Of a stretch of 64,000 bases of DNA, positions 1 to 8,933 are shown in pieces (within the stretch, counting starts at the first letter, position 1; every line of letters begins with the position of its first letter). The stretch comes from a virus (taxonomy: Duplodnaviria > Heunggongvirae > Uroviricota > Caudoviricetes). Both the position numbers and the translations under genes were made by a program. The notes beneath the pieces are model-generated. The model was not told the DNA's origin. It did not search any database and saw only the letters and a program-made list of their open reading frames with translations. The stretch lies in the IMG/VR virus record IMGVR_UViG_3300037484_000445, positions 1-64,000 of that record; one strand, given 5' to 3'.

Positions 1-241
1 CCAGTTCTTCTACCGAAGAGCAAAAACCAATTGATCGAAATCTGACTGGTCCCTCTCCCAAGAGGTCAGATGCGTCGGCCCCCCATGTAACCCAAGAGGT
101 CAAACCCAGGGGAGCTGAAAAGGAGTCCCACCGCTGAGGATAGCGCCGACTCCCACCAAGTATGGAGCAAAACAGTGACGATCCAAGCAAAGCTGAAAAA
201 CAAAGAGGCCTCGTCCAGGGACGTTGTCTCTTGCTTTGCCC

Positions 242-357
242 GATCACTCCTAGGTCAAGAGATCCTCTCCCCAAGAGGATCTCTTCGATCTGAAGGATCT
301 CTTCTTCCAAGAAGGATCTCTTCTAAGAAGATCTCTGATCTCTCGGGATCTCTGATC
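242..357. repeat. GATC-rich tandem repeats (AGGATCTCTTC units about 18-19 nt apart); possible origin/iterons
   Basis: 10 GATC sites in 116 nt; AGGATCTCTTC at 276, 294, 313; apparently non-coding region. Confidence 0.5.
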
Positions 358-952
358 TTCCTTCCTAGCAGTCTCCGAAGTTCGATCCCCAATTCTGATA
401 CTCACAATAACGCTTCAAATTGTAACGATCACAGTGATTCTTGTAATGGTGTAATAGATGATCGTAGTGTTCTAGGTAGTGATGATGACTCGAATGGTCT
501 AAGTGATGATCTCGTGAGTAGTGTTGGTTGTAGTGTGGTTGATACCCTCTGTGATGTTGGTGATGTTGGTTACCTCTTGGGTGATCTTGTGCTTCGCTAG
601 AGGAGATCTCCTTTCACGGTACGTTGTGTGTTGAGGAGAGAGACCTCTCGGATAGAGAGCTTGCAGCTCGATTGAGCTCGTGATCTTGATCCAGCTGGCT
701 CGAAAGGTCGGTCGACCTCTGAGCTGTATGTAGGATAAATCCTACCTGGCTTTTTCCAGAACTTTATGTGGTAAAGCCAAAGCGATTTCCTCTTTGCTTT
801 TTGTTGACGACTTGGATTCACTTTGGTACAAGGGCGATCCCTCATCGTTTGATGGGGTCATCGTCGACATCACGGGGTCTCGTTAAAGCGTCCCTTTCAA
901 GGGTCTAGGAGAAGGGCGCCTCACGGGGTGGTGTTGACAAGGCAGATTTCCT

Positions 953-2299
953 TTGTCCAATCAGTCGTCTGTGCCTATCGGGGTGCCTCAGGATTACCGA
1001 GAGCTTTTCAGCTGTTATCGGTCCGTAGTTGAAGCGGCGGCCAAAAAACTGGATCTGTCCTGTGCTGACGTTTTACGATCCTTGAGGGAGAAGCGTGCAA
1101 TCGAAGGCTTCGACTTTCGACGCCACGCTCCCAATACGTTCAACCGAGATGAAGTTCTGCTGTACATGGGATTGTCGTCCAAGCAGTGGACGACCCTTTT
1201 CAAGGCTACCAAGATTCCAGTCAGCTCGGGAACGTCCAGAACAATGCCTTGGTGGAGGCGCCGCCCACTGCAAATCAACGGGGACGCCGGGTACGCCAAG
1301 ACTGATGCCCTAGACACTATCTATTGGGCTCCGGACATCATTCGCATGCGTGACTCCTTGGGGGAGCACGTTCCAGTTCCGAGACCGATCTGCCATCGCC
1401 TGGCACGCTCCTTTCGAGCTCGGCTTGGCCAGATGCTCTCGAAGGTGAAGCGTCCGCGACCTTCGAGCTTGAAGCCGCCGGCCAAACTCAAAACTGAGCT
1501 AGCCTCTCCCTTATCGAGCACGCTCTCGACTTGGCCGTCCGACTTACCACGTAACCCTGAAGAGATGATGACCATGTACGGCGACTACATGGTCAGCCAG
1601 GTACGGCGGATCTCCAAGATTCGTACGGAAGACGAACTCCGCGAGGTAGTTCAGCACACGTGGGAGGTGGTTCTCAGTAGTGACGTGTTGGGCAAGTTTG
1701 TCTTGAGTGCCCAAACCAAGCTACCTCGCACTCTCACGTTCGAAGAGACCCTAGGCTATCTTGGTATCACCAAAGTTCAATGGTCCAACGCCGTAGCCTA
1801 TCGTCAGCGCCGAGAGATGTGGATGCCAATGCCCGTTAAGGGCTCAACTGGTGTTGAGGCTCTGTACTTGACCTCGGAGATACAGACTCTTGACGAATCA
1901 AGCTTTCTGAAAAATCATCGAACGCAATCCCGTAAGCGTCCCGAAGTATCCAATAGAGGCTTCAAGTCGTACTTGGGCACGGCCATCAACAACCATTTCA
2001 AGAACCTGCTTCGTACTCGGTCTCGCCGACACAAGGAACGTTGCCTCGATACTACGACGACCCTAACACCTAACAGTACGGGGGATTACCACCGTACCTA
2101 CAGCGAAGAGGGTGGATCCTGGGAGGATTCTTTGGTGTCCATGCAGCACTGCGATATGGAGTCCATGTTGGACTTGGTCTCCGAAATGCGGCGCAAAGGC
2201 ATAAACCCCATGTCCGACGAAGGGCGTCAAGTCTTGGACCGTATGACCAAGCGGGGTATGACGATCAATATGGCAATTCGGTCCGCTGGTCAGGGTTAG
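953..2299 (+). CDS. sigma-70 region-2-like transcription factor with duplicated HTH-like segments
   Basis: YGDYMVSQVRRI..DELREVVQHTW and FKSYLGTAINNHFKNLLR resemble sigma region 2; internal repeat (EVLLYMGLSSKQW / ETLGYLGITKVQW). Confidence 0.45.
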   Translation: MSNQSSVPIGVPQDYRELFSCYRSVVEAAAKKLDLSCADVLRSLREKRAIEGFDFRRHAPNTFNRDEVLLYMGLSSKQWTTLFKATKIPVSSGTSRTMPWWRRRPLQINGDAGYAKTDALDTIYWAPDIIRMRDSLGEHVPVPRPICHRLARSFRARLGQMLSKVKRPRPSSLKPPAKLKTELASPLSSTLSTWPSDLPRNPEEMMTMYGDYMVSQVRRISKIRTEDELREVVQHTWEVVLSSDVLGKFVLSAQTKLPRTLTFEETLGYLGITKVQWSNAVAYRQRREMWMPMPVKGSTGVEALYLTSEIQTLDESSFLKNHRTQSRKRPEVSNRGFKSYLGTAINNHFKNLLRTRSRRHKERCLDTTTTLTPNSTGDYHRTYSEEGGSWEDSLVSMQHCDMESMLDLVSEMRRKGINPMSDEGRQVLDRMTKRGMTINMAIRSAGQG

Positions 2300-2308
2300 T
2301 TCTTCTAT

Positions 2309-3079
2309 GTGTGCTCTTATGCAAGAGCCGTGACTAGAGAAGTACAAGCCAAGGCCGTCCACCTAAGTCGTCGAATCTATGCCTCCCTTCCGTGGGGGTT
2401 TAGGGTCGCTCAACTATTTCTCAAGCTGTCCTTCAGCATCACGGACACCTTAGGCAAGGTAGTCTATGCTCAGTTTGCTTTGGCCGGCGTAGAGGGCCTG
2501 CCACCTATCAAGGGTCAGGACGCTCTATCCATGCCCGAGACCTTGTTCAAGCATCCGGAGCGCCTCCCCACAGGTTACGGCAAAAACTTTGCAAACCAGA
2601 TCTACGCCTACCTCTTGAAGAAGACTCGGAATCCAGCGAAGGTCGAAGAAGTCATCAGCGAAATGCTGATGCGTATCACTAAGGGGTTTGATCTTCGGAA
2701 CGGTATTCCCTTAGGTCAAGCTGAGTCATACGTGTTTAGGCTTGCCAATTTTGCTTTGACAGATGTCATGCGAAAGAAGCAACGGGGTGACGTCTCATTG
2801 GATAGTCCTACGGACGATGAGGATTACCGTCTCGATCCTGCAGATCCCCAGACCTATCGAGACCTAGAAGACTTGATCCCTCAAAGCGAGCTCAATGACA
2901 TTCTGCGTGCCATTGGCAAAGTTCACCCTAAGGCAGTTGACTGGTTCAAGGGGCAATTGGAGGGCGTTACGAATAGGGACCTGGCTGAGCAGTGGGGCGT
3001 TTCCGAGCCTAGAGTAAATCAGCTCGTTCACGTCATCGAGCCCGCGGTGAAGAAGATTCTGCAGCAGCACCTACAGTGA
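2309..3079 (+). CDS. ECF-type RNA polymerase sigma factor (start may be GTG 2330)
   Basis: region 2 (IYAYLLKKTRNPAKVEEVISE..SYVFRLANFALTDVMRK), VSLD, region 4 HTH (TNRDLAEQWGVSEPRVNQL). Confidence 0.75.
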   Translation: MCSYARAVTREVQAKAVHLSRRIYASLPWGFRVAQLFLKLSFSITDTLGKVVYAQFALAGVEGLPPIKGQDALSMPETLFKHPERLPTGYGKNFANQIYAYLLKKTRNPAKVEEVISEMLMRITKGFDLRNGIPLGQAESYVFRLANFALTDVMRKKQRGDVSLDSPTDDEDYRLDPADPQTYRDLEDLIPQSELNDILRAIGKVHPKAVDWFKGQLEGVTNRDLAEQWGVSEPRVNQLVHVIEPAVKKILQQHLQ

Positions 3080-3141
3080 GTTGCCTGAAAAGTCTGGGCT
3101 TACAACGAGTCATTCCACTACTGTTGGTGTAGGCTGCATTC

Positions 3142-4629
3142 ATGGAGTTCGAAAATAGTGTCCTCTTGGGAGATTGTTATGAAGTGCTTCAAAGTCTCCC
3201 ATCGAGCAGTCGAGACGCTTGTGTGTCCGACGTACCTTACGGACTAGGGGATCACGAACCAACTCCTGAGGAGATCTTAGCCTATCTGCAAGGGGGATCC
3301 CTCAATACTGGGGGAGACTTTCAGAATCATGATTGGGAGATCCCTTCGATCCCTACTTGGAAGGAAGTCTTTAGGGTTTTGAAGCCTGGTGGCCACGTTC
3401 TATGCTTTGGAGGCACTCGAACCTTCGACCTCATTTCTCTTGGATTGAGGATGGCAGGTTTCGAACGCCGGGACACAATAGCCGATAACCACCCGGGGTT
3501 GATCTGGTGCCAGTCGCAGGGAATGCCCAAAAGCCGCGATCCCCTAAAGACGGACATCACCCCAAAGGTAGAAGACCTCTTGAGGCAACAGGGTGTTGAT
3601 GTGCCCATCGTCTGGGGCACCACTAAGGATCCCGTTCAAGTTTACGTGGTATCCCTGTTCGATCTTCCTTTTGAGGTCTATCGGGACGAGGCTAATACCT
3701 TCAGTCTTTCTGAAAAGTTGAGTAGCCTGCAGGGGATGGGTACTGGACTAAAACCTACTTGGGAGCCCATACTTGTCTTTCGTAAGCCTTTGGCCTGTAC
3801 GTTGGCCAACAACGTCCTTCTCTATGGAACCGGCGTCTTCAATATTGATGCGGCCCGAGTGAAGCACGCTAACCGGGAAGATTTCGAAGAGCACAAGAAG
3901 CAAGTAGACCTAGTCAAAGCTAAAGGGGGGACTCGAGGTAATTCTTGGAAGAACTCATCTGACTTGAGTGGTGCCAACGATGTTAAGGAGGCTGGTCGGT
4001 GGCCAACCAATGTGACGTTCACACACTCCCCAGAGTGCCAACACGTTGGTACGGTCAAGGTCAAAGCTCCGGTCATCAACCGTTTCGATGATGGTGCCAA
4101 AATATTTGGTGGCGGCGCCGGGCACCCTTACACTCAGCATCAAATGGGTGACGAGAATGGTGAGGAAGATATCGCTGTTTGGGACTGCGTAGAGGGTTGT
4201 CCAGTCCGAGAGCTCAATCTTCAGAAGGGTCCGGTCAAATCTGGTGAGGCCGGCAAGGTTTCTAAGTTCTTCCCTCAATTCGAAGGTCAGGTTCCCGTTG
4301 AGGTCCCATTTTTCTACACAGGTAAGGCGGCCGCCAAAGACTCAACCCTCGATGGCCGTATCGAGAATAAGCATCCCACCCGCAAACCCTTAGGGCTTAT
4401 GCGTTGGTTGGTCAAACTCGTTACGCCGCCAGGTGGTTCCGTTTTGGACCCTTATTGCGGAAGTGGTACGACTCTCCACGCGGCTATCTTGGAAGGTATG
4501 ACCTTCACGGGCATTGAGCTCAATCCTGAATTTCATAGGACTTCAAGTGATCGTGCCAGTATGGTTCTTGAAGACTTGTCAGAAACACGGGACCGTAAGG
4601 AAGCCTTTGAGGGATTTTTAGAGGACTGA
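3142..4629 (+). CDS. N6/N4 DNA methyltransferase (beta-class motif order)
   Basis: GDC..L, DVPY (DPPY-like), RVLKPGG, HPTRKP, VLDPYCGSGTT. Confidence 0.9.
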   Translation: MEFENSVLLGDCYEVLQSLPSSSRDACVSDVPYGLGDHEPTPEEILAYLQGGSLNTGGDFQNHDWEIPSIPTWKEVFRVLKPGGHVLCFGGTRTFDLISLGLRMAGFERRDTIADNHPGLIWCQSQGMPKSRDPLKTDITPKVEDLLRQQGVDVPIVWGTTKDPVQVYVVSLFDLPFEVYRDEANTFSLSEKLSSLQGMGTGLKPTWEPILVFRKPLACTLANNVLLYGTGVFNIDAARVKHANREDFEEHKKQVDLVKAKGGTRGNSWKNSSDLSGANDVKEAGRWPTNVTFTHSPECQHVGTVKVKAPVINRFDDGAKIFGGGAGHPYTQHQMGDENGEEDIAVWDCVEGCPVRELNLQKGPVKSGEAGKVSKFFPQFEGQVPVEVPFFYTGKAAAKDSTLDGRIENKHPTRKPLGLMRWLVKLVTPPGGSVLDPYCGSGTTLHAAILEGMTFTGIELNPEFHRTSSDRASMVLEDLSETRDRKEAFEGFLED

Positions 4630-5126
4630 TGCGTAACCTGGCTCTCTTTTCTGGAAAGACCAAGCCGGAGTACCGCCGACCTTTCACGGTGGTGGATCCT
4701 CAGGGAGAACCCTGGGCCATAGCTACTGACGAGGTTTGGTTGTTTGCCATCAAGGGTCTTAATAAGGGCCCACGCTTTAGAGGCCAAGCCGAGGCCCTAA
4801 GTACGCTTCTCCGGTTGTTACGGTTGCCAACCAGTAACTCAGTCCAGTTCGAGAAGCATACTGTGAAAGAGGGGCTTGAATACCTAGGTATTATCCTTGA
4901 CGTCGTTGTCGATCTGAAACGCTTTGGCACTTTGGTGAACGAACTCCCGGAGCGACCTATTACTATTTGGAATGCTACTGAGGCTTTGGGAGCTCCGAGT
5001 TTGATGCTAACATGTTCAGATTGTTTAGCTGTCTTGATGGGACACTCTGGTGACGCTGAGGGAGTCCTTGAATACGACTTAGTGCCTCTCGTCGGGTCTC
5101 CACTGGATGCCTTTTTGCTCGATTAG
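4629..5126 (+). CDS. hypothetical protein
   Basis: 165 aa ORF, TGATG-coupled to the MTase. Confidence 0.6.
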   Translation: MRNLALFSGKTKPEYRRPFTVVDPQGEPWAIATDEVWLFAIKGLNKGPRFRGQAEALSTLLRLLRLPTSNSVQFEKHTVKEGLEYLGIILDVVVDLKRFGTLVNELPERPITIWNATEALGAPSLMLTCSDCLAVLMGHSGDAEGVLEYDLVPLVGSPLDAFLLD

Positions 5127-5360
5127 AAAAAGCTTTTGAGGGCGTGACATGCGTTTGATCCTGTTCTCGCGAATCAAAGCAGCACTGCGAGAATCAACAG
5201 GTTCAAGATACATGAGTTTCCAAGGACGTCCTGCTTTGGTGGCCTTTGCACCTTTGCGACTTTCGTTGTGTTCCTTGAGACGTCGATTGGGATCAGTGGT
5301 TATACCAGTGTAACGTCTGGTTAGAACTACACTGTAGATGATGTAGACGTACCATTGCAT
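5079..5360 (-). CDS. GIY-YIG endonuclease (small UPF0213/Slx1-like)
   Basis: WYVYII..YTGITTDPNRRLKEHN..GAKATK..RPW..E..IK. Confidence 0.9.
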   Translation of the reverse strand: MQWYVYIIYSVVLTRRYTGITTDPNRRLKEHNESRKGAKATKAGRPWKLMYLEPVDSRSAALIRENRIKRMSRPQKLFLIEQKGIQWRPDERH

Positions 5361-5995
5361 CACCAAACGAACTCTCCTGCATCCTTACGCATCTTGAGAC
5401 GACTCACGATCCAAGGACCGTGCGTGAGGGAGCAAAATAGCCCTCCTGCCCAGCGCTTTCGATCATAGTCTGATGTGTCACGTAGGGCCCTGTCTCGTCG
5501 GCATTCGATGTTGAACTCAGCCGACGTTTGCATCGCTTTTTGAAAAGTACCCCAGGCGGGAGCGTGAGACATAACCCAAACGCTGTAATCCACGAAACCT
5601 TCCTCGTAGAAAGGGTCTCCTTCAGGAAAAGAAGCCAAGGCAGAGTGGATCAATTCGTGGGTCAACTTCTCGAGTGTCGCGCCTGGTTGACCTTCGACGA
5701 TGGAAGCCACGAGGCGTATTTGTCCATTGTCAGGTTGGTATGAGGCATTCACCCCAGAGGCATGATAGCCTTCAGGAATGGCTAGGATCTCTGTCTTAGG
5801 TTCTTGAGGATAACCACCTAAAGCTTGGGACACGAAAGCATAACACTTAGGCGCCCAGGTCTCGACGAAGGAGTTCCATTCGGGACTAAGGAAACTGCAT
5901 TTGAACTTCGGAGCCACGGAAGCCGTGCGTACAGTGCGGCCAGAAGCCCTGTTGAGCATCTGCATTACATCGTCGGGAATTGACCGGGTCATCAC
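5360..5995 (-). CDS. putative zincin-like metallopeptidase
   Basis: THELIH (HExxH) followed by EEGFVDY. Confidence 0.55.
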   Translation of the reverse strand: MMTRSIPDDVMQMLNRASGRTVRTASVAPKFKCSFLSPEWNSFVETWAPKCYAFVSQALGGYPQEPKTEILAIPEGYHASGVNASYQPDNGQIRLVASIVEGQPGATLEKLTHELIHSALASFPEGDPFYEEGFVDYSVWVMSHAPAWGTFQKAMQTSAEFNIECRRDRALRDTSDYDRKRWAGGLFCSLTHGPWIVSRLKMRKDAGEFVW

Positions 5996-6047
5996 ACTAG
6001 GTGGGGTAAAAGACCTTTTATCATTTTGCTAGGTAAGAGGGACCCCC

Positions 6048-7034
6048 ATGCGCCTACTCAACAGCTCAGGTCTTTTAGTCGAAATCAATGAAGCGGTTCC
6101 TACGGTATCGGGCAACTGGAATGCCCCTTACTGGACTAACGGTGCATCTATTGGTTATCCTAACGTCTCGGTTTCGTTGAGAAATTCTCAATTCGTCCAA
6201 TCGGGAGGGGTAGGCTGGTTCGATCTCGAGAACAAGATCTCGGGCATTAGGGGGACGATCTCTCTGACTTTCGTGGCTGGTCCACCAGGGCTCTCGAGAG
6301 GACTTGCTGTTCTCACTAACAGCACTGCCCTAATAAGCCCTAGGATCACGTTGGATCTGGATGGTTTGAACCGCCCGATAATCACGATTCAGAACGCCCT
6401 AGGGGTCGTTGTGGCCACGACCATGGCCTCATATGTTCCTATCCCCGAAGGCGTGGTAACTACGGTGATCCTCTCATGGGATTCGACGCAAGCCATAGAA
6501 GGGACCCGTTTCGCCAAGCTTACGGTGCAGTCGGGAGATATTCCTTCAGGTGACTGGTTGACTAGTCCTGTGGCAGTCTGGGCGTCTTTCATGCCTACTG
6601 TGGCAGGCCTTGGTTTTAGTACCAGTCTCCTACCCCCGTTCAATGGGCAGATTCTAGCGATCCAGATTTCCAACGAAGCCTCTGGTGGAAGTATCGGCAT
6701 TGGGGCGTCCTTGTCGAGCACCCACATTTTGGACTGCTTCGCGTCGGATGTGATTTTGATGACTGAAGGCAACCGCACAGATCCACCTGTGTACACGTTT
6801 GACGTGGTTGCTTCAGATACGATTGTTGTGTCCGAAACGGTGCGTACATCCACCGTCTACGCCGTGGCCCTTGCCGATACGGCGGTGACTTCAGATGCCG
6901 TAAGTGGCACAAAGCAAGTAGATCGTAGCATGGCTGATACGGCAGTGGCCTCGGATTCGATGGTTGCCTACATGAGCTACGGACGCACCTTGGCGGATTC
7001 GGTCGGAGCGTCAGATTCCGTTGCTACTGGTTGA
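6048..7034 (+). CDS. putative virion structural protein (beta-rich N-terminus, C-terminal D-x4-SD repeats)
   Basis: beta-rich sequence; C-terminal repeats (ADTAVTSD, ADTAVASD, ADSVGASD) like those of 34008-37274. Confidence 0.5.
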   Translation: MRLLNSSGLLVEINEAVPTVSGNWNAPYWTNGASIGYPNVSVSLRNSQFVQSGGVGWFDLENKISGIRGTISLTFVAGPPGLSRGLAVLTNSTALISPRITLDLDGLNRPIITIQNALGVVVATTMASYVPIPEGVVTTVILSWDSTQAIEGTRFAKLTVQSGDIPSGDWLTSPVAVWASFMPTVAGLGFSTSLLPPFNGQILAIQISNEASGGSIGIGASLSSTHILDCFASDVILMTEGNRTDPPVYTFDVVASDTIVVSETVRTSTVYAVALADTAVTSDAVSGTKQVDRSMADTAVASDSMVAYMSYGRTLADSVGASDSVATG

Positions 7035-7122
7035 ATTTTTGTTCGTACTTTTTCCTTGCATCCTGATTTCGCTTGAGCTAGCTTGAGCCTCTCAAGGGCA
7101 CAACGTGCCCAAGGATCGACAA

Positions 7123-7284
7123 GTGTCTACTCATTCCTCAATACATACCAAGCGCCAAGGGAGAAAATCCCCGATGGCTTGGTGTGCCCTCAGTCTGAGG
7201 ACAGTTGAACTCGTCGGTTTGGATAGCTATCAGGCGGCCCCCTCAGCCATTTCGTTTGCAGGAAATCCAGAGGTGGGTACATAG
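7123..7284 (+). CDS. putative 53-aa leader peptide of the tRNA array
   Basis: AAGGA SD, GTG start, TAG stop overlapping the 5' arm of a candidate antiterminator. Confidence 0.4.
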   Translation: MSTHSSIHTKRQGRKSPMAWCALSLRTVELVGLDSYQAAPSAISFAGNPEVGT

Positions 7285-7356
7285 GCGGCAAAGGATCTCA
7301 CTCCCGATAAGGGATCCAAGGGCCGCCGGAACACCGAGCGGCCCTTAGTCGTTTTG
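7284..7356 (+). promoter_or_regulatory. mutually exclusive antiterminator/terminator hairpins (attenuator)
   Basis: GGCGGC(7284-7289)/GCCGCC(7322-7327) competes with AAGGGCCGC..GCGGCCCTT followed by AGTCGTTTT. Confidence 0.5.
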
Positions 7357-7428
7357 GGCCTCAACAAGGAAGAAGTCATGGGCGTTACCGACCGTTATCG
7401 AAGCTCGCGTCTATCCAACAACACACAC

Positions 7429-7514
7429 GGAGTCTGATATCAGCAAGGTAGCTGAAGCTGTCTGTAAAACAGTCGCCTCACGGTTAAGTGGTTCAAGTCC
7501 ACCAGGCTCCACCA
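7429..7514 (+). tRNA. tRNA-Tyr(GTA), 8/4-like
   Basis: cloverleaf, loop CT GTA AA, encoded CCA. Confidence 0.8.
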
Positions 7515-7572
7515 AACGAAAGACACACATGTCCAAACACACGCCCGTGAGAGCGGGCCAGCCATAAAGTGA

Positions 7573-7645
7573 GGGTCACTAACTCAACAGGTAGAGTGCT
7601 AGACTTTTAATCTAGAGGTTCTCGGTTCAATTCCGGGGTGACTCA
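7573..7645 (+). tRNA. tRNA-Lys(TTT)
   Basis: cloverleaf, CT TTT AA. Confidence 0.95.
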
Positions 7646-7659
7646 CTAGTACAAATAAC

Positions 7660-7732
7660 GCCTCAGTAGCACAGTAGGTAGTGCAGCGGACTCTTAATCC
7701 GACGATCGAAGGTTCGAACCCTTTCTGGGGCA
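7660..7732 (+). tRNA. tRNA-Lys(CTT)
   Basis: cloverleaf, CT CTT AA. Confidence 0.92.
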
Positions 7733-7744
7733 CTAAACACATAT

Positions 7745-7816
7745 TCCGGGATCTTCCAATTGGCAGGAAAACGGCCTCTGAAGCCGTGAATGTTGGTTCG
7801 ATCCCAGCTCCCGGAA
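7745..7816 (+). tRNA. tRNA-Gln(CTG)
   Basis: cloverleaf, CT CTG AA. Confidence 0.95.
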
Positions 7817-7857
7817 CCGGACATAGAAGCAAGCGCTTCTTACGTTCATTGACAATC

Positions 7858-8101
7858 CGACAGGACGCGAGTCCATTACCCACCCGTCTGTTGTGGACGG
7901 GAGAAACGCACCCTTTATACCCGACAACGGCGTCGGCCCTGACTGGGTGGTCCGTGGAGTAAGGCTAAACCTCTCGAGGTGTAGTCGGAAACCGGCAAGG
8001 GCACCAACTCTTGGAAGGCGTATGGTTCGATCCTGACTTGTTCGTGTGGGCGATAGGTAGTTAAAGGTCCCTCATAAGGGGTAACCTCCAGCGTCTTGTC
8101 G
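7858..8101 (+). ncRNA. unidentified structured RNA of about 240 nt
   Basis: ends pair (CGACAGGACGC/GCGTCTTGTCG); several internal hairpins; lies between tRNAs. Confidence 0.5.
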
Positions 8102-8110
8102 CCCGTTTTA

Positions 8111-8184
8111 GGCCCTATCTTGCTAACGGTTTAGGCAGCTAGCTTCTCAAGCTAGAAATCCGGGTTCGAATCCCGGTAGGGTCA
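8111..8184 (+). tRNA. tRNA-Glu(CTC)
   Basis: cloverleaf, TT CTC AA. Confidence 0.9.
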
Positions 8185-8185
8185 C

Positions 8186-8259
8186 TGTAGAGTATGCAAA
8201 TTTGGTAAGCAGCGCCGCTGTTAACGGCGTGACTGGGGGTTCGATTCCCTTCTCTACAG
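8186..8259 (+). tRNA. tRNA-Asn(GTT)
   Basis: cloverleaf, CT GTT AA. Confidence 0.88.
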
Positions 8260-8263
8260 CTAT

Positions 8264-8342
8264 TCCAGGGTAGCCTAGTGGTAAGGCACTCGGCTGTTAA
8301 CCGAGCGTGAAAACATCGCGGGTTCGAATCCTGCCCCTGGAG
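8264..8342 (+). tRNA. tRNA-Asn(GTT) with enlarged variable region
   Basis: cloverleaf, CT GTT AA, 12-nt variable loop. Confidence 0.9.
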
Positions 8343-8363
8343 CTGTTTGGTGTAATCAAGATC

Positions 8364-8606
8364 ATGCCGCAAGAGAACGTCTTTGAGCCGGGTCTTGGTT
8401 TCCTAGACACTGAATGCAACGGCATAGCCCAAGCGAAGTTCTTTGCCTGGGCGTTAGAGCATGGAAAACTATGTAAGGAACCCGAGGGCAAGCCCTCTTC
8501 GAGATGGTTGTTCAAACGGGTTATCACGGGCATTGCTGATGCCCATCACGTCAAATGTTCGATCTGCAAGGTTGAACACGACATCACCGACTACAGTTGC
8601 TGGTAA
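8364..8606 (+). CDS. small hypothetical protein (CxxC)
   Basis: ATG 9 nt after GGTGTA motif; fills the gap between tRNAs. Confidence 0.65.
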   Translation: MPQENVFEPGLGFLDTECNGIAQAKFFAWALEHGKLCKEPEGKPSSRWLFKRVITGIADAHHVKCSICKVEHDITDYSCW

Positions 8607-8611
8607 TCAAT

Positions 8612-8684
8612 GCGGGTAACTCCTCAACGGTGAGGTGCCACGTTGCCAACGTGGATTTGGCCGGTTCGATCCCGGTTACCCGCT
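8612..8684 (+). tRNA. tRNA-Gly(GCC)
   Basis: cloverleaf, TT GCC AA. Confidence 0.9.
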
Positions 8685-8686
8685 CT

Positions 8687-8848
8687 AGGGCACCCCCTAC
8701 GTGAAGCATACAAGCCTTTGTTGGTTCGACTCCAACCTTCCCCACTAGGACTTAGGTCCGATCTACGGGGAAGTCGCTCAATGGTAGAGCAGCGGAAATT
8801 GAAAATCCGTCTCGAAAGAGATTCTCCGCTTTACAACTCGGGTGCCCT
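8687..8848 (+). ncRNA. circularly permuted tRNA-like RNA with conserved module (element A)
   Basis: AGGGCACCC/GGGTGCCCT end stem; GTGAAGC/GCTTTAC; ATACAAGC; T arm, closed acceptor CTTCCCC/GGGGAAG, D arm, anticodon arm in that order. Confidence 0.85.
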
Positions 8849-8858
8849 TGACTTTTAC

Positions 8859-8931
8859 GCCCCTGTAGTCTAGAGGAAAGGCGTCCGCCTTCTAAGCGGA
8901 GTTCTCGCGGGTTCGAATCCTGCCAGGGGTA
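8859..8931 (+). tRNA. tRNA-Arg(TCT)
   Basis: cloverleaf, CT TCT AA. Confidence 0.9.
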
Positions 8932-8933
8932 CT

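Noticed and set aside
175-845. ORFs 175-600 and 597-845
   Set aside because: Low-complexity products of the GATC/GAT repeat tract with no recognisable motifs
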